From Ruminococcus sp. (lineage in GTDB: Bacteria; Bacillota; Clostridia; Lachnospirales; Lachnospiraceae), in assembly GCA_050944435.1 (NCBI GenBank), contig JBMNRB010000005.1, forward strand, positions 17,636-81,635: DNA of 64,000 bases, given 5' to 3'. Of the stretch, positions 40,075 through 49,644 are shown one piece after another. A program made the position numbers and the translations under genes. The stretch's first letter is position 1. Each line of letters begins with the position of its first letter. The notes beneath the pieces were generated by a model that did no database searches, had not been told where the DNA came from, and saw nothing but the letters and a program-made list of their open reading frames with translations.

Positions 40075-41094
40075 GTGTCATTCCTATCGGTAAGAAATAT
40101 TGTTAAAAAGTTTGATACGCACACGGCGCTGAATGATGTCAGTATAGAGATCGAAAAAGGGGAACTTGTGAGCATCCTGGGTCCTTCGGGCTGCGGCAAA
40201 ACCACACTGCTGCGGATTATCGCGGGACTGGAAACGGCAGATGGAGGACAGGTGTTTATAGACGGCAGAGACTGCACTTCTCTGCCGCCTTCCAAGAGAA
40301 ATTTCGGCATCGTTTTCCAATCCTATGCCCTTTTTCCCCATATGACGGTGGAACAAAACATTCTGTTTGGGCTGAATCAGCAGAAGCAGCTTTCAAAGGA
40401 AGAAAGGAAAGCCAGATGCCAGGAGGTTCTGGAGATGGTGGATCTTTATGATCAGAGGAAAAAATATCCATCCCAGATGTCAGGCGGTCAACAGCAGAGG
40501 GTTGCCCTGGCACGGGCAATTTCTCTGAAGCCGGCATTTCTTCTGCTGGATGAGCCTTTATCTGCGCTGGATGCCAAGGTGCGGGTAAAGCTTCGTTCAG
40601 AGATCTGCAAAATTCAGAAAAAACTGGGAATCACCACCATCATGGTAACCCATGATCAGGAGGAAGCCCTTACCATGGCGGATAAAATTGTGGTAATGAA
40701 TAACGCTGTGGTGGAACAGATCGGCACTCCCAAAGAAATCTACGATTTTCCCCGGACTGCTTTTGTGGCCAATTTTATTGGAACCATGAATCTGTATGAA
40801 AGAAATCACAAGATATACGGAGTTCGTCCGGAAATCATAGAGATTACCAAAGCAGGAAAAATGCAGGAGCGGGAAAGCTGGAGCGGAAAAATCGAAGAAG
40901 TGGAATTCAGGGGAGCCATGACCCGTATATACGGAAAACTGGATGATACCCAGGAAACCATATGTGCGGATATTGATTCAGCCAAGGCGGGAAGTCTTGT
41001 CCTGAATGAGACGGATGAAGTCTTTTTTAATATTCCCAAGTCAGGGATTATCTGTTATCCGGAAGAAGGCATGACGGAAAGGAAGGCCATATGA
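40075..41094 (+). CDS. ABC transporter ATP-binding protein (putative AEP-type)
   Basis: GPSGCGKT, MSGGQQQRVALAR, LLDEPLS. Confidence 0.9.
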   Translation: MSFLSVRNIVKKFDTHTALNDVSIEIEKGELVSILGPSGCGKTTLLRIIAGLETADGGQVFIDGRDCTSLPPSKRNFGIVFQSYALFPHMTVEQNILFGLNQQKQLSKEERKARCQEVLEMVDLYDQRKKYPSQMSGGQQQRVALARAISLKPAFLLLDEPLSALDAKVRVKLRSEICKIQKKLGITTIMVTHDQEEALTMADKIVVMNNAVVEQIGTPKEIYDFPRTAFVANFIGTMNLYERNHKIYGVRPEIIEITKAGKMQERESWSGKIEEVEFRGAMTRIYGKLDDTQETICADIDSAKAGSLVLNETDEVFFNIPKSGIICYPEEGMTERKAI

Positions 41095-42755
41095 AAAGGA
41101 ACCGGTGGAAAATCAGGTTAAGACCTGCGGACATTACCATAGGTATTATGACTCTGGTGTTTGTGGTTATTCTTATCTGTCCGCTGTTTTCTCTGTTTTC
41201 CAAAGCGTTTTTAGATGCTTCGGGAAAATTTGTGGGGCTTAATAACTATATTGAATATTTTTCTACCCCATCCCTGTCTGTCTCTGTAAAAAATACACTG
41301 GTTGTGTCCTGTGTGGCGGCAGTATTGGGAACACTTTTAGGTTTTCTTTATGCCTATGGTCTGACCAGAACCAATATAAAGGGAAAAACATTTTTCCGCT
41401 ATATCGCCATGATACCGATTTTTCTTCCAACGGTGGTCCATGGTCTGGGTCTGGTTTACCTTTTTGGAAATCAGGGAGTTATCACAGGCCTGGGCTGGGA
41501 TATCGGACTGTATGGAAGAACGGGAATCATCCTGTCAGAAATCATATACACTTTTCCGCAGGCCTTTTTGATGTTTTTTATTGCGCTGAATTACGCAGAC
41601 GGCCGTCTTTATGAAGCGGCTGACAGTATGGGATGCAGTTCAATGAAAAAGTTCAGCCATATTACCATCCCTTCTGTGCGCTATACGCTGATCAACAGCT
41701 TATTTGTCTGCTTTACTCTGGCTTTTACCGATTTCGGCGCGCCCAAAGTTCTGGGAGGAAGCTATAATGTTCTGGCCACAGATATATATGAACAAGTGGC
41801 GGGACAGTTTAATATGAATATGGGAGCGGTAGTGGGCACCCTTCTTCTGATTCCGGCGGTTTTAAGCTTCGGCGTGGACAGAGTGACCGCCAGAAAGAAC
41901 AATGACGGCATCAGTTCCAAAGCCCAGGCGCTGAAAATAAAGAAAAGTACGGCGCGGGACGCGGCGTTTTATATCATCTGCGGTGGAATTACCCTGTGTC
42001 TTCTCAGCATCGTCGGGGTTTTGATCATGGGAGCCTTTACAAAGTATTACCCCTATGATATGGGATTCACTTTGGAGAATTTTAACTTTAATCCCTCCAC
42101 CGGGGGAATCCAAAGTTATATAAACTCAATCAAAATGAGCGCTGTGACCGCAGTGTTCGGAACACTTTTTGTGTTTGTCTACGCTTATTTTATTGAGAGA
42201 GGAAAATGCTGGAAATTTTTAAAGAATGCAGGAAGGGTTTTGTCGTCTCTGCCGCTGGCGCTTCCGGGAATGGTAATCGGATTAAGCTTTATTTTCTTCT
42301 TTAACCAGAAAAATAATCCCTTTAACTTTGTGTACGGTACAATAATCATTCTGGTTCTTGCCAATATTGTACATTTTTATTCCGTCCCCTTTGTAACGGC
42401 CAGCAGTGCGCTGAAAAAACTGGACAGCGAATATGAAAATGTGGCGGAAAGTCTGAAGGTGCCGGGATGGAAAACCTTCTGCCGGGTGGTAGTTCCCCTT
42501 TCTTTGCCGGCGGTACTGGAGATATTCATGTATTATTTCATGAACTCCATGGTGACGGTTTCCGCAGTTGTATTTTTGTACAGCGCTCAGTTTAAAATCG
42601 CGTCCATCGCCATCACTCACATGGAAGAGGCGGGAGATATTGCTCAGGCGGCGGCCATGAGTCTTCTGATTCTTCTGATCAATGTTATCGTCAGAGGAAT
42701 CTATGAATTATGTGTTCACAGACTTAAAAATAAACAGAAGTATGGAGGAAAGTAA
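41091..42755 (+). CDS. ABC transporter permease with two BPD domains (putative AEP-type)
   Basis: 554 aa duplicated permease; 'AFTDFGAPKVLGG'; EAA-like motifs. Confidence 0.88.
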   Translation: MKRNRWKIRLRPADITIGIMTLVFVVILICPLFSLFSKAFLDASGKFVGLNNYIEYFSTPSLSVSVKNTLVVSCVAAVLGTLLGFLYAYGLTRTNIKGKTFFRYIAMIPIFLPTVVHGLGLVYLFGNQGVITGLGWDIGLYGRTGIILSEIIYTFPQAFLMFFIALNYADGRLYEAADSMGCSSMKKFSHITIPSVRYTLINSLFVCFTLAFTDFGAPKVLGGSYNVLATDIYEQVAGQFNMNMGAVVGTLLLIPAVLSFGVDRVTARKNNDGISSKAQALKIKKSTARDAAFYIICGGITLCLLSIVGVLIMGAFTKYYPYDMGFTLENFNFNPSTGGIQSYINSIKMSAVTAVFGTLFVFVYAYFIERGKCWKFLKNAGRVLSSLPLALPGMVIGLSFIFFFNQKNNPFNFVYGTIIILVLANIVHFYSVPFVTASSALKKLDSEYENVAESLKVPGWKTFCRVVVPLSLPAVLEIFMYYFMNSMVTVSAVVFLYSAQFKIASIAITHMEEAGDIAQAAAMSLLILLINVIVRGIYELCVHRLKNKQKYGGK

Positions 42756-42756
42756 A

Positions 42757-43920
42757 ATGAAAGTATTTTGTTTAGGAGCAGCAGGAAGGATCAGCAGAGA
42801 GTCTGCTCTGGATCTGGTGCAGTATTCAGATTTTGAAAAAATTACCATTGGAGACTATAATGAGGAAGAAGCCAAAAAAGTAGCCCAGTGGCTTAACGAT
42901 GACAGAGTGGATGTGGTAAAGATCGATGTGACCAAGGTGGACGAAGCGGCGGACATGATGCGCGGGTATGATGTGGTTATGGATGGAACACAGATTACTT
43001 TAAATGGGCTGTCTACGGAATGTATTGCCAAGGCAGGCTGCCATGGTGTGAATTTAAATGGTTTTGGAGAAGAAAACCAGTGGGATGAATTGTTCAAAAA
43101 GGCCGGGAAAGCCTGCGTGCCCGGATTTGGCATGACGCCGGGAACCACACAGATGATGGCCATGCATCTGGCAAATCAACTGGATAAGGTGGAGGAAATC
43201 TACGTTTCCCACGGCGCATTCCGTCCATTTGCCTTTTCAAAGTCGATCACGGAGACCACGACTTATGAGTATGATCCCAATCTGGAAAGCCGTGTGGTAT
43301 ATGAAGACGGGAAATTTATTCAGGTGCCGCCCTTTGCACGCCCCAGAGAAGTGGAGCTTCCAGAGCCCTACGGTAAAACCGTCCAGTATATTATTCCCCA
43401 TTCGGAAACGGTGACTCTTGCCAAAGCGCTGAAGGATAAAGGGGTTCGTCTGATCGAGGTGAGAGGAACCTGGCCCAAGCAGAATATGAATCTGGTGAGA
43501 GGCTTATATGATTATGGAATTCTGAAAAATCCGGTGGTAAAAGTGGGAGATACGGAAAAAGGTCTGATGAGCATCATCGGAGACTATCTGGTGGAAAGCG
43601 AACAGGGAAAAACCACAGAATTGTATGGATATGCCCTGCATATCGAAGTTGTAGGATACAAAGACGGGGTGAAAAAGCAGGGAATTATTTATCATACCCA
43701 TCCGGCTTCAGACGGCAGCGTAGAAGGCTGGGAGGGGTTAAGAGCCTATACCCGCAACGTGGGAATTCCGCTGGCAATCGCAGCGCAGCAGCTGGCTAAA
43801 GGAAATGTGAAAGGTACAGGCATTTTAATACCGGAAGAAGCCTTTGAACCTCAGCTGATTTTTGACGAGTTGGAGAAACGCGGCATTTATATGCATGAGA
43901 AGTGGACAGATTTAGATTAG
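42757..43920 (+). CDS. Saccharopine dehydrogenase-like NAD(P)-dependent oxidoreductase
   Basis: Rossmann 'LGAAGRIS', 'GFGMTPG', 'PHSETVTL', 'VGIPLAIAA...G...PEE' pattern; start after the GGAGG RBS. Confidence 0.82.
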   Translation: MKVFCLGAAGRISRESALDLVQYSDFEKITIGDYNEEEAKKVAQWLNDDRVDVVKIDVTKVDEAADMMRGYDVVMDGTQITLNGLSTECIAKAGCHGVNLNGFGEENQWDELFKKAGKACVPGFGMTPGTTQMMAMHLANQLDKVEEIYVSHGAFRPFAFSKSITETTTYEYDPNLESRVVYEDGKFIQVPPFARPREVELPEPYGKTVQYIIPHSETVTLAKALKDKGVRLIEVRGTWPKQNMNLVRGLYDYGILKNPVVKVGDTEKGLMSIIGDYLVESEQGKTTELYGYALHIEVVGYKDGVKKQGIIYHTHPASDGSVEGWEGLRAYTRNVGIPLAIAAQQLAKGNVKGTGILIPEEAFEPQLIFDELEKRGIYMHEKWTDLD

Positions 43921-43942
43921 TGAAAAACAGAACATAAAAAGT

Positions 43943-43976
43943 AAGGCCCTCTAAAACTGCGGTTTTGGAGGGCCTT
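43943..43976 (+). terminator. Terminator-like hairpin after the ABC/oxidoreductase operon
   Basis: AAGGCCCTCTAAAAC-tgcg-GTTTTGGAGGGCCTT; no clear U-tract. Confidence 0.6.
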
Positions 43977-44111
43977 GTGCTGTCGGCCCACGGTCCCGGT
44001 CTTTAAAGATGGAGAAATTTGATTGCGTATCCTCCGGTTACGTATTATAATAAAGATAATTACAATCTGCGTAAGCGGATTGTAAAATTGAAGCAAAAGG
44101 GAGTGGACATC

Positions 44112-44639
44112 ATGAAATTTATTATCAGTGGAAAAAATATCGAGATTACGGATGGGTTAAGGGCAGCAGTTCAGGACAAGCTGGGAAAGCTGGAACGGTA
44201 CTTTACTCCGGAAACAGACATTATTGTAACGCTGAGTGTCGAGAAAGAACGGCAGAAAATTGAGGTAACGATCCCGGTAAAAGGAAATATTATCCGCTCA
44301 GAACAGGTAAGCAACGATATGTATGTGTCCATCGATCTGGTAGAAGAAGTAATTGAGCGTCAGTTGAGAAAATACAAGAATAAAATCGTGGATAAGCATC
44401 AGGACGGCGGAAACCTTCAGAAAGCATTTATCGAGAAAGAGGTTCCGGAAGATGATGAGGTGAAGATTATTCGGACAAAGAAATTTGGAATTAAACCCAT
44501 GTATCCGGAAGACGCCTGCGTACAGATGGAACTTCTGGGGCATAACTTTTTTGTCTTCTGCAATGCAGAGACTGAAGAGGTTAACGTGGTTTACAAACGG
44601 AAAGGGAATACTTACGGGTTGATTGAGCCGGAATTTTAG
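44112..44639 (+). CDS. hpf: Ribosome hibernation promoting factor (long HPF/RaiA)
   Basis: 'ISGKNIEITDGLR', 'DMYVSIDLVEEVIERQLRKYK', C-terminal 'VVYKRKGNTYGLIEP'. Confidence 0.95.
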   Translation: MKFIISGKNIEITDGLRAAVQDKLGKLERYFTPETDIIVTLSVEKERQKIEVTIPVKGNIIRSEQVSNDMYVSIDLVEEVIERQLRKYKNKIVDKHQDGGNLQKAFIEKEVPEDDEVKIIRTKKFGIKPMYPEDACVQMELLGHNFFVFCNAETEEVNVVYKRKGNTYGLIEPEF

Positions 44640-44682
44640 AAAGGTGAGTTTCGGCAGCAGATAATGATGGGGAATGTGATTT

Positions 44683-44718
44683 AGGGGGCTGTCACGCAAA
44701 GAGTGGTGTGACGGCCCT
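44683..44718. repeat. GGGGCTGTC-type intergenic hairpin (REP-like)
   Basis: GGGCTGTCACGC...GTGTGACGGCCC; the same AGGGGCTGTC half occurs at 49175-49184. Confidence 0.5.
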
Positions 44719-44758
44719 CGCTTTGTGGGACGCAGGTTTGGATAAAGGGGAGAAAAAA

Positions 44759-46162
44759 ATGACGAAAAGAAAGAAAATACTGCTGATTATTTTAATTGTT
44801 TTCCTTGTGCTTCTTGCAGGGACATACATAGGGATGGCGATATATTTTGAACAGCATTTTTATTCCAATACGGTGATTAACGGGACGGACTGTTCACAGA
44901 TGACTGTTGAGGAAGTGAAAGAAAAGCTGAAACAGCAGGTGAAAGAATATCGGCTGACGATAAAGGGCCGGGGCGACGCCAATGAGACGGTGACGGCGGA
45001 AACACTTAAACTGGCCTATAAAGATGACGGCTCGGTGGAGCAGCTTTTGGAAAAGCAAAATCCATGGCTTTGGCTTGTGAATGCTTTTCAGAATCATACA
45101 TATGAGCAGCCTCTTTCTCTGAAAATGTCTGATGAAAGTATCGGTCAGGCGGTAGACGGTCTGGCCATGATGCAGGAGGAAAATATGACGGCGCCCAAGG
45201 ATGCGTCCATTACCGTGCAGGATGGGGATTTTGTTGTTGTACCGGAGGAAGAGGGCACTCAGTTAAACCGGGATAAAGTAATCCAGGCGGTAAAAGAAGC
45301 GGTAACGGCCGATAAGGATACATTGGATCTGGAGGAAGCAGGCTGCTATGAAAGCCCGTCTGTTACCCAGGATGATGCTTCTTTGAAAGAAAGAATGGAG
45401 AAACTGCAGCAGATGGTGTCCGCCAGTCTGACCATCGATTTTGGCAGCGGCCGCGTGGAGACGGTGGACAAAAGTCTGCTGATTCAGTGGATTACCCAGG
45501 ATGAGTCGGGAAATGATATTTTTGACTCGGCAAAAGTGACAGAGTATGTGCAGCAGCTGGCAGATACATACGACACAGTTGGAAAGCATACGTTTACTAC
45601 CACAGGCGGAGAAACGGTAACGCTGGATAAAGGCGATTACGGCTGGGAGATGGATGTGGCAACTACTTCCGCCAATCTGCTGCAGGCTATTCAGGAACAG
45701 AAGCAGGGGGATTTTGAAGTCACTTACTCCAGTTCGGCCAAAAGCCGTGAGGAAAATGACATTGGAGATTCTTACATAGAGATATCCATTGAAGAACAGA
45801 CGGTGTGGTGTTATGTGGATGGAGAACTTCTGGTGGAAACACCGGTGGTAACAGGATGTGTCAATAACGGTACAGAGACGCCAAGCGGCGGCGTGTGGAA
45901 GGTAAAATCCAGAAAATCACCTTACACCATGAAGGGAAAGCCGGATGAAAACGGAGAACCTTCTTACGTGGAAGAGGTGACTTACTGGGTGCCCTACAGT
46001 GAAGATTTCACCGTTGGTCTTCATGACTTATCTTCCAGGACGGAATACGGGGGAGACATCTATATTACCAACGGTTCCCACGGATGTGTCAACACTCCCC
46101 TGGATGCCATGAAGCAGATTTATGATGTAGTGTCTTACGGCTTCCCGGTAATTGTTTATTAG
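44759..46162 (+). CDS. L,D-transpeptidase with peptidoglycan-binding domains
   Basis: N-terminal TM, two PG_binding_4-like repeats, YkuD 'VGLHD...GSHGCVN'. Confidence 0.92.
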   Translation: MTKRKKILLIILIVFLVLLAGTYIGMAIYFEQHFYSNTVINGTDCSQMTVEEVKEKLKQQVKEYRLTIKGRGDANETVTAETLKLAYKDDGSVEQLLEKQNPWLWLVNAFQNHTYEQPLSLKMSDESIGQAVDGLAMMQEENMTAPKDASITVQDGDFVVVPEEEGTQLNRDKVIQAVKEAVTADKDTLDLEEAGCYESPSVTQDDASLKERMEKLQQMVSASLTIDFGSGRVETVDKSLLIQWITQDESGNDIFDSAKVTEYVQQLADTYDTVGKHTFTTTGGETVTLDKGDYGWEMDVATTSANLLQAIQEQKQGDFEVTYSSSAKSREENDIGDSYIEISIEEQTVWCYVDGELLVETPVVTGCVNNGTETPSGGVWKVKSRKSPYTMKGKPDENGEPSYVEEVTYWVPYSEDFTVGLHDLSSRTEYGGDIYITNGSHGCVNTPLDAMKQIYDVVSYGFPVIVY

Positions 46163-46294
46163 CAAAAATTTAATTCTAAAAGATTCTTAAGGAATTCTTA
46201 AAACTTACTGCGGATGGTTGTGTTTTCAGAAAAATAATGATATGTTAAAGATAACCTATGGAGGGATTTTCCTGTAATCCGGGAGGTGAGAATT

Positions 46295-48187
46295 ATGAAA
46301 GCATATCTGAAAAAAGCAGTAAGTTTGATTGTGACCCTGATTTTGGTAACGGGGAGCAGTTTTTCCCTGGTATATGGGGAGAACCTGACTATTATCGGCT
46401 CAGAAGGGAATGAGACGAAAGAGGGGGTTCACTCCATGGTTCAGGGGGAAAAAGTGACGGCTGGCAGCGGAGGATATTTCCGGATCGTAAGCGGGGAGAA
46501 GGTTCTGTGGCCCAAAGAGGGCGATAACGGCCAGGCGGGTATCGCCGCAGACACAGGCAAGGAAAGTGGAAAGACGTATACCCAGGCTGAATATGTCCTT
46601 CCTGCCCCTGAATCCGGAAAAGACTGGAAACTGGAAGTCAAAAAGGAATCCGGTGAATACGTTCTGGTCGAAGAAAAGAAGTATACACCCTATACCGTCA
46701 CTCTCAGTCAGGAGCAGAAACAGGAGGCGGCAGACGCCCAGACTCCCCAGGTGAATGTTTCCGGGGGAGGTACGGTGGAGCAGGGCCAGCCGGCAGTTCT
46801 GCAGGTATCCGCTGCAGTAAATGACGGAGGCACGTTAAGCTATCAGTGGTATCAAAGCAGCGACGGAAGCGCCGCCAATGGGACGGCGATAGAGGGAGCG
46901 GCAGGAGCGGCGTATGAAGCGCCCACCCAGCAGGAAGGGACGTTCTATTACTACTGTGAGGTGACCAACACCAATGAAAAGGCGACGGGAGCCAAGACGG
47001 CTCAGGCGGTCAGCGATGTGGTAAGCGTGACAGTGACGGCGCCTGAACCTGTAATCACAGATGCAAAGGAACCCGTGGTGGAATGGATCAGCGGAGGGGG
47101 CATCTTTGATCAGGGAGCCAGGGCGGCGCTGGAAATAAAGGCGTCGGTGGACGACGGAGGCAGGTTAAGCTATCAGTGGTATCAGAGCAGCGACGGAAGC
47201 GCCGCCAATGGGACGGCGATAGAGGGAGCGGTGGGAACGGCGTATGAAGTGCCCACCCAGCAGGAAGGGACGTTCTATTACTACTGTGAGGTGACCAACA
47301 CCAATGAAAAGGCGACGGGAGCAAAGACAGCCCAGGCGGTCAGCGATGTGGTAAGCGTGACAGTGACGGCGCCTGAACCTGTAATCGAAAACGCAGAAAA
47401 ACCCATGGTGGAAGGTCCTTCGGGAGGCACATTTTACGAAGGGGATAATTTCACACTCAGCGTAAAGGCGTCGGTGAATGACGGAGGTACCCTGCTGTAT
47501 CAATGGTATAAGAACAAAGACAAGATAGAAGGAGCGACGAAGGCAGAATATAAACCTTCCGTCGGGACGGCATATTATTACTGCGTAGTGACCAATATTA
47601 ATAGGCAGGCGGTTAATGAGAAGACAGCGTATACCGTCAGCGCTGCGGCGGAAGTGACCATAAAAGAAGGGAACAGGCCGAAGGCGGCGGACACTCCCAG
47701 GGTGAAGGGGCCTGAGGGAGGAGGAACCTATTATAAAGGACAGTCTCCTAAATTGGAAGTAAAGGCCTCTGTGGACGACGGAGGAGCGCTGACTTATCAG
47801 TGGTATAAAAACAGTAAAAACAGTAATGAGAACGGCACACTGATTGAAAATGCAACATCCAGTACCTATCTGCCCTCCGCGAAGGTGACGGGAACCGTTT
47901 ACTATTACTGTGTTGTCTCCAATACCAACCAGGAAGCATCGGAAAACAAAAGGGTGCAGGTGACTACCGGCACAGCGAAAATTTCCGTGGTGGAAAAGGG
48001 CAGTGTGAAAAGCAGCGTAAAGAGAGCAAAACCGGTGTCCAGAAACACGAAGGTTACAAGTACAAAAACAAAAGCGGCCAATGCAAGAACAGAAGATGAG
48101 AATAACTTAATTCTCTGGCTGATTGTCATGCTGGGGGCCGGCGGTACAGCAGCGGCCCTGGGGCTGAGGCGAAAGTTCCGCAAATGA
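46295..48187 (+). CDS. Cell-surface protein with four Ig-like repeats and a sortase-type C-terminal anchor
   Basis: Signal peptide; 4 x (LxYQWY...YYYCxVxN); C-terminal 'NARTED', hydrophobic helix, RRKFRK. Confidence 0.8.
   Translation: MKAYLKKAVSLIVTLILVTGSSFSLVYGENLTIIGSEGNETKEGVHSMVQGEKVTAGSGGYFRIVSGEKVLWPKEGDNGQAGIAADTGKESGKTYTQAEYVLPAPESGKDWKLEVKKESGEYVLVEEKKYTPYTVTLSQEQKQEAADAQTPQVNVSGGGTVEQGQPAVLQVSAAVNDGGTLSYQWYQSSDGSAANGTAIEGAAGAAYEAPTQQEGTFYYYCEVTNTNEKATGAKTAQAVSDVVSVTVTAPEPVITDAKEPVVEWISGGGIFDQGARAALEIKASVDDGGRLSYQWYQSSDGSAANGTAIEGAVGTAYEVPTQQEGTFYYYCEVTNTNEKATGAKTAQAVSDVVSVTVTAPEPVIENAEKPMVEGPSGGTFYEGDNFTLSVKASVNDGGTLLYQWYKNKDKIEGATKAEYKPSVGTAYYYCVVTNINRQAVNEKTAYTVSAAAEVTIKEGNRPKAADTPRVKGPEGGGTYYKGQSPKLEVKASVDDGGALTYQWYKNSKNSNENGTLIENATSSTYLPSAKVTGTVYYYCVVSNTNQEASENKRVQVTTGTAKISVVEKGSVKSSVKRAKPVSRNTKVTSTKTKAANARTEDENNLILWLIVMLGAGGTAAALGLRRKFRK
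46823..47386 (+). repeat. Near-identical 234-bp intragenic duplication (period 330 bp)
   Basis: 46823-47056 versus 47153-47386 differ at about ten positions. Confidence 0.9.
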
Positions 48188-48307
48188 CCTGAAGCAACCG
48201 GAGGGTATCGTTAAGATACCCTCTTTGTTTTATCTCTCATTTTTCGATGGGAAAGTGAGAGGCAAAACAAAGAGAAATGGGATAAACTTTTTTATGAGGT
48301 GATGAAT

Positions 48308-49159
48308 ATGGAATGGATAGACAGATGGAACCAGGCGCTGGCCTATATAGAAGAACATATAGCAGAGGATATTGGGTATGAAAAACTGGGAAAAATTGCC
48401 GGATGTTCCCCTTATCATTTTCAGAGAATGTTTAATTATATGGCGGAGATCCCCCTGTCTGAGTATATACGCCGGAGGAAAATGTCCCTGGCTGCGGCGG
48501 AAATTTTAAGCGGAGAGGAAAAGATCGTGGATATTGCGCTGAAATATGGGTATTCTTCACCGACGGCTTTTAACAGAGCTTTTCAGAATGTTCATGGCCT
48601 TTCACCGACTGCTGCCAGAAAAAAGGGCGCCTCAGTGAGATCCTATCCTCCCATCACTTTTAAAATTACGATAAAAGGAGTGGAAGAAATGGAGTATCGT
48701 TTAGAACGAAAAGAAGCCTTTACCGTAGTAGGATTTCGTTATCCGCTGAAAAAAGATCTGGAGGAAAACTTTCAGATAGTTCCGGGGCTATGGGCAAAAT
48801 TTGCCTCCAATGGTTCCCGGGAAAGGCTGACCGCATTGATGAACACCGGACTGCAGGGCGTTCTGGGAATCAGTATTTGTCAGGATGGGCAGGACTGGAG
48901 TTATGGGATTGCAGTAGCCAGCAATGAGGAACCGGAAGAAGGAATGGAAAAGTGGCAGGTTCCGGACAGAACCTGGGCGGTATTTTCCGGCGCAGGGCCT
49001 TGCCCTCAGGCGATACAGGAACTGGAAAGAAGGATATTTACAGAATGGTTTCCCACTTCCGGTTATAAGTACGACCGGGGACCGGATGTGGAGCTGTATA
49101 AAAAGCCGGATCCCAGTCAGGCGGAATTTGAAGTCTGGGTACCGGTGAAAAGAAAATAA
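48308..49159 (+). CDS. AraC family regulator with GyrI-like effector domain
   Basis: 'SPYHFQRMF', 'IVDIALKYGYSSPTAFNRAF', C-terminal 'WAVFSGAG...EWFPTSGY'. Confidence 0.92.
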   Translation: MEWIDRWNQALAYIEEHIAEDIGYEKLGKIAGCSPYHFQRMFNYMAEIPLSEYIRRRKMSLAAAEILSGEEKIVDIALKYGYSSPTAFNRAFQNVHGLSPTAARKKGASVRSYPPITFKITIKGVEEMEYRLERKEAFTVVGFRYPLKKDLEENFQIVPGLWAKFASNGSRERLTALMNTGLQGVLGISICQDGQDWSYGIAVASNEEPEEGMEKWQVPDRTWAVFSGAGPCPQAIQELERRIFTEWFPTSGYKYDRGPDVELYKKPDPSQAEFEVWVPVKRK

Positions 49160-49180
49160 AAGGTAATTGTTAAAAGGGGC

Positions 49181-49625
49181 TGTCCTGAAAACGTAATTCA
49201 CGATAACCTATAAACAAGCATTCTAAATAAGCTCGCCTTTTGGCGGGCTTATTTCTTTCTCTTAATTATACGGTTAAAGAGATTCAGTTCGGCTGAATAA
49301 TTACATTTACCCCTAACTTTTCTAATGAACGAATATTCCTATTGATTATCTTTTCTTGATTGATAACGGAGTAGTAATCCGCTCCAAGGTCGTGATAAGG
49401 AACTTTCTCTTTTAGTATGTGATAGATCGCGATTAACATGGTATGGGCTACTGCGATTAAAGCCCTTTTCCCACCTCTGCGCGCGGCAATTCTTTGATAA
49501 CGGGAGTAGAGATAACTTTGTTTGTTTCGTATGGCAGCACGAGCACATTCTACCAGCGTTGCTTTCAAATGTTTATTTCCTTTTCGTATTCGTGTACTCA
49601 TCTTTTTACCGGCGCTTTCCTGTCG
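49181..49625 (-). pseudogene. IS110-family transposase C-terminal remnant with its downstream end
   Basis: 'ESAGKK...KGNKHLKATLVECARAA...RYQRIAARRGGKRALIAVAH' is the IS110 C-terminal region; the N-terminal DEDD domain is absent. Confidence 0.85.
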
Positions 49626-49644
49626 GGAAATAGATAGACCTAAA

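Noticed and set aside
43920-44111. raiA-motif RNA upstream of hpf
   Set aside because: The leader after the promoter is only about 55 nt with one hairpin, too short for the large raiA motif.
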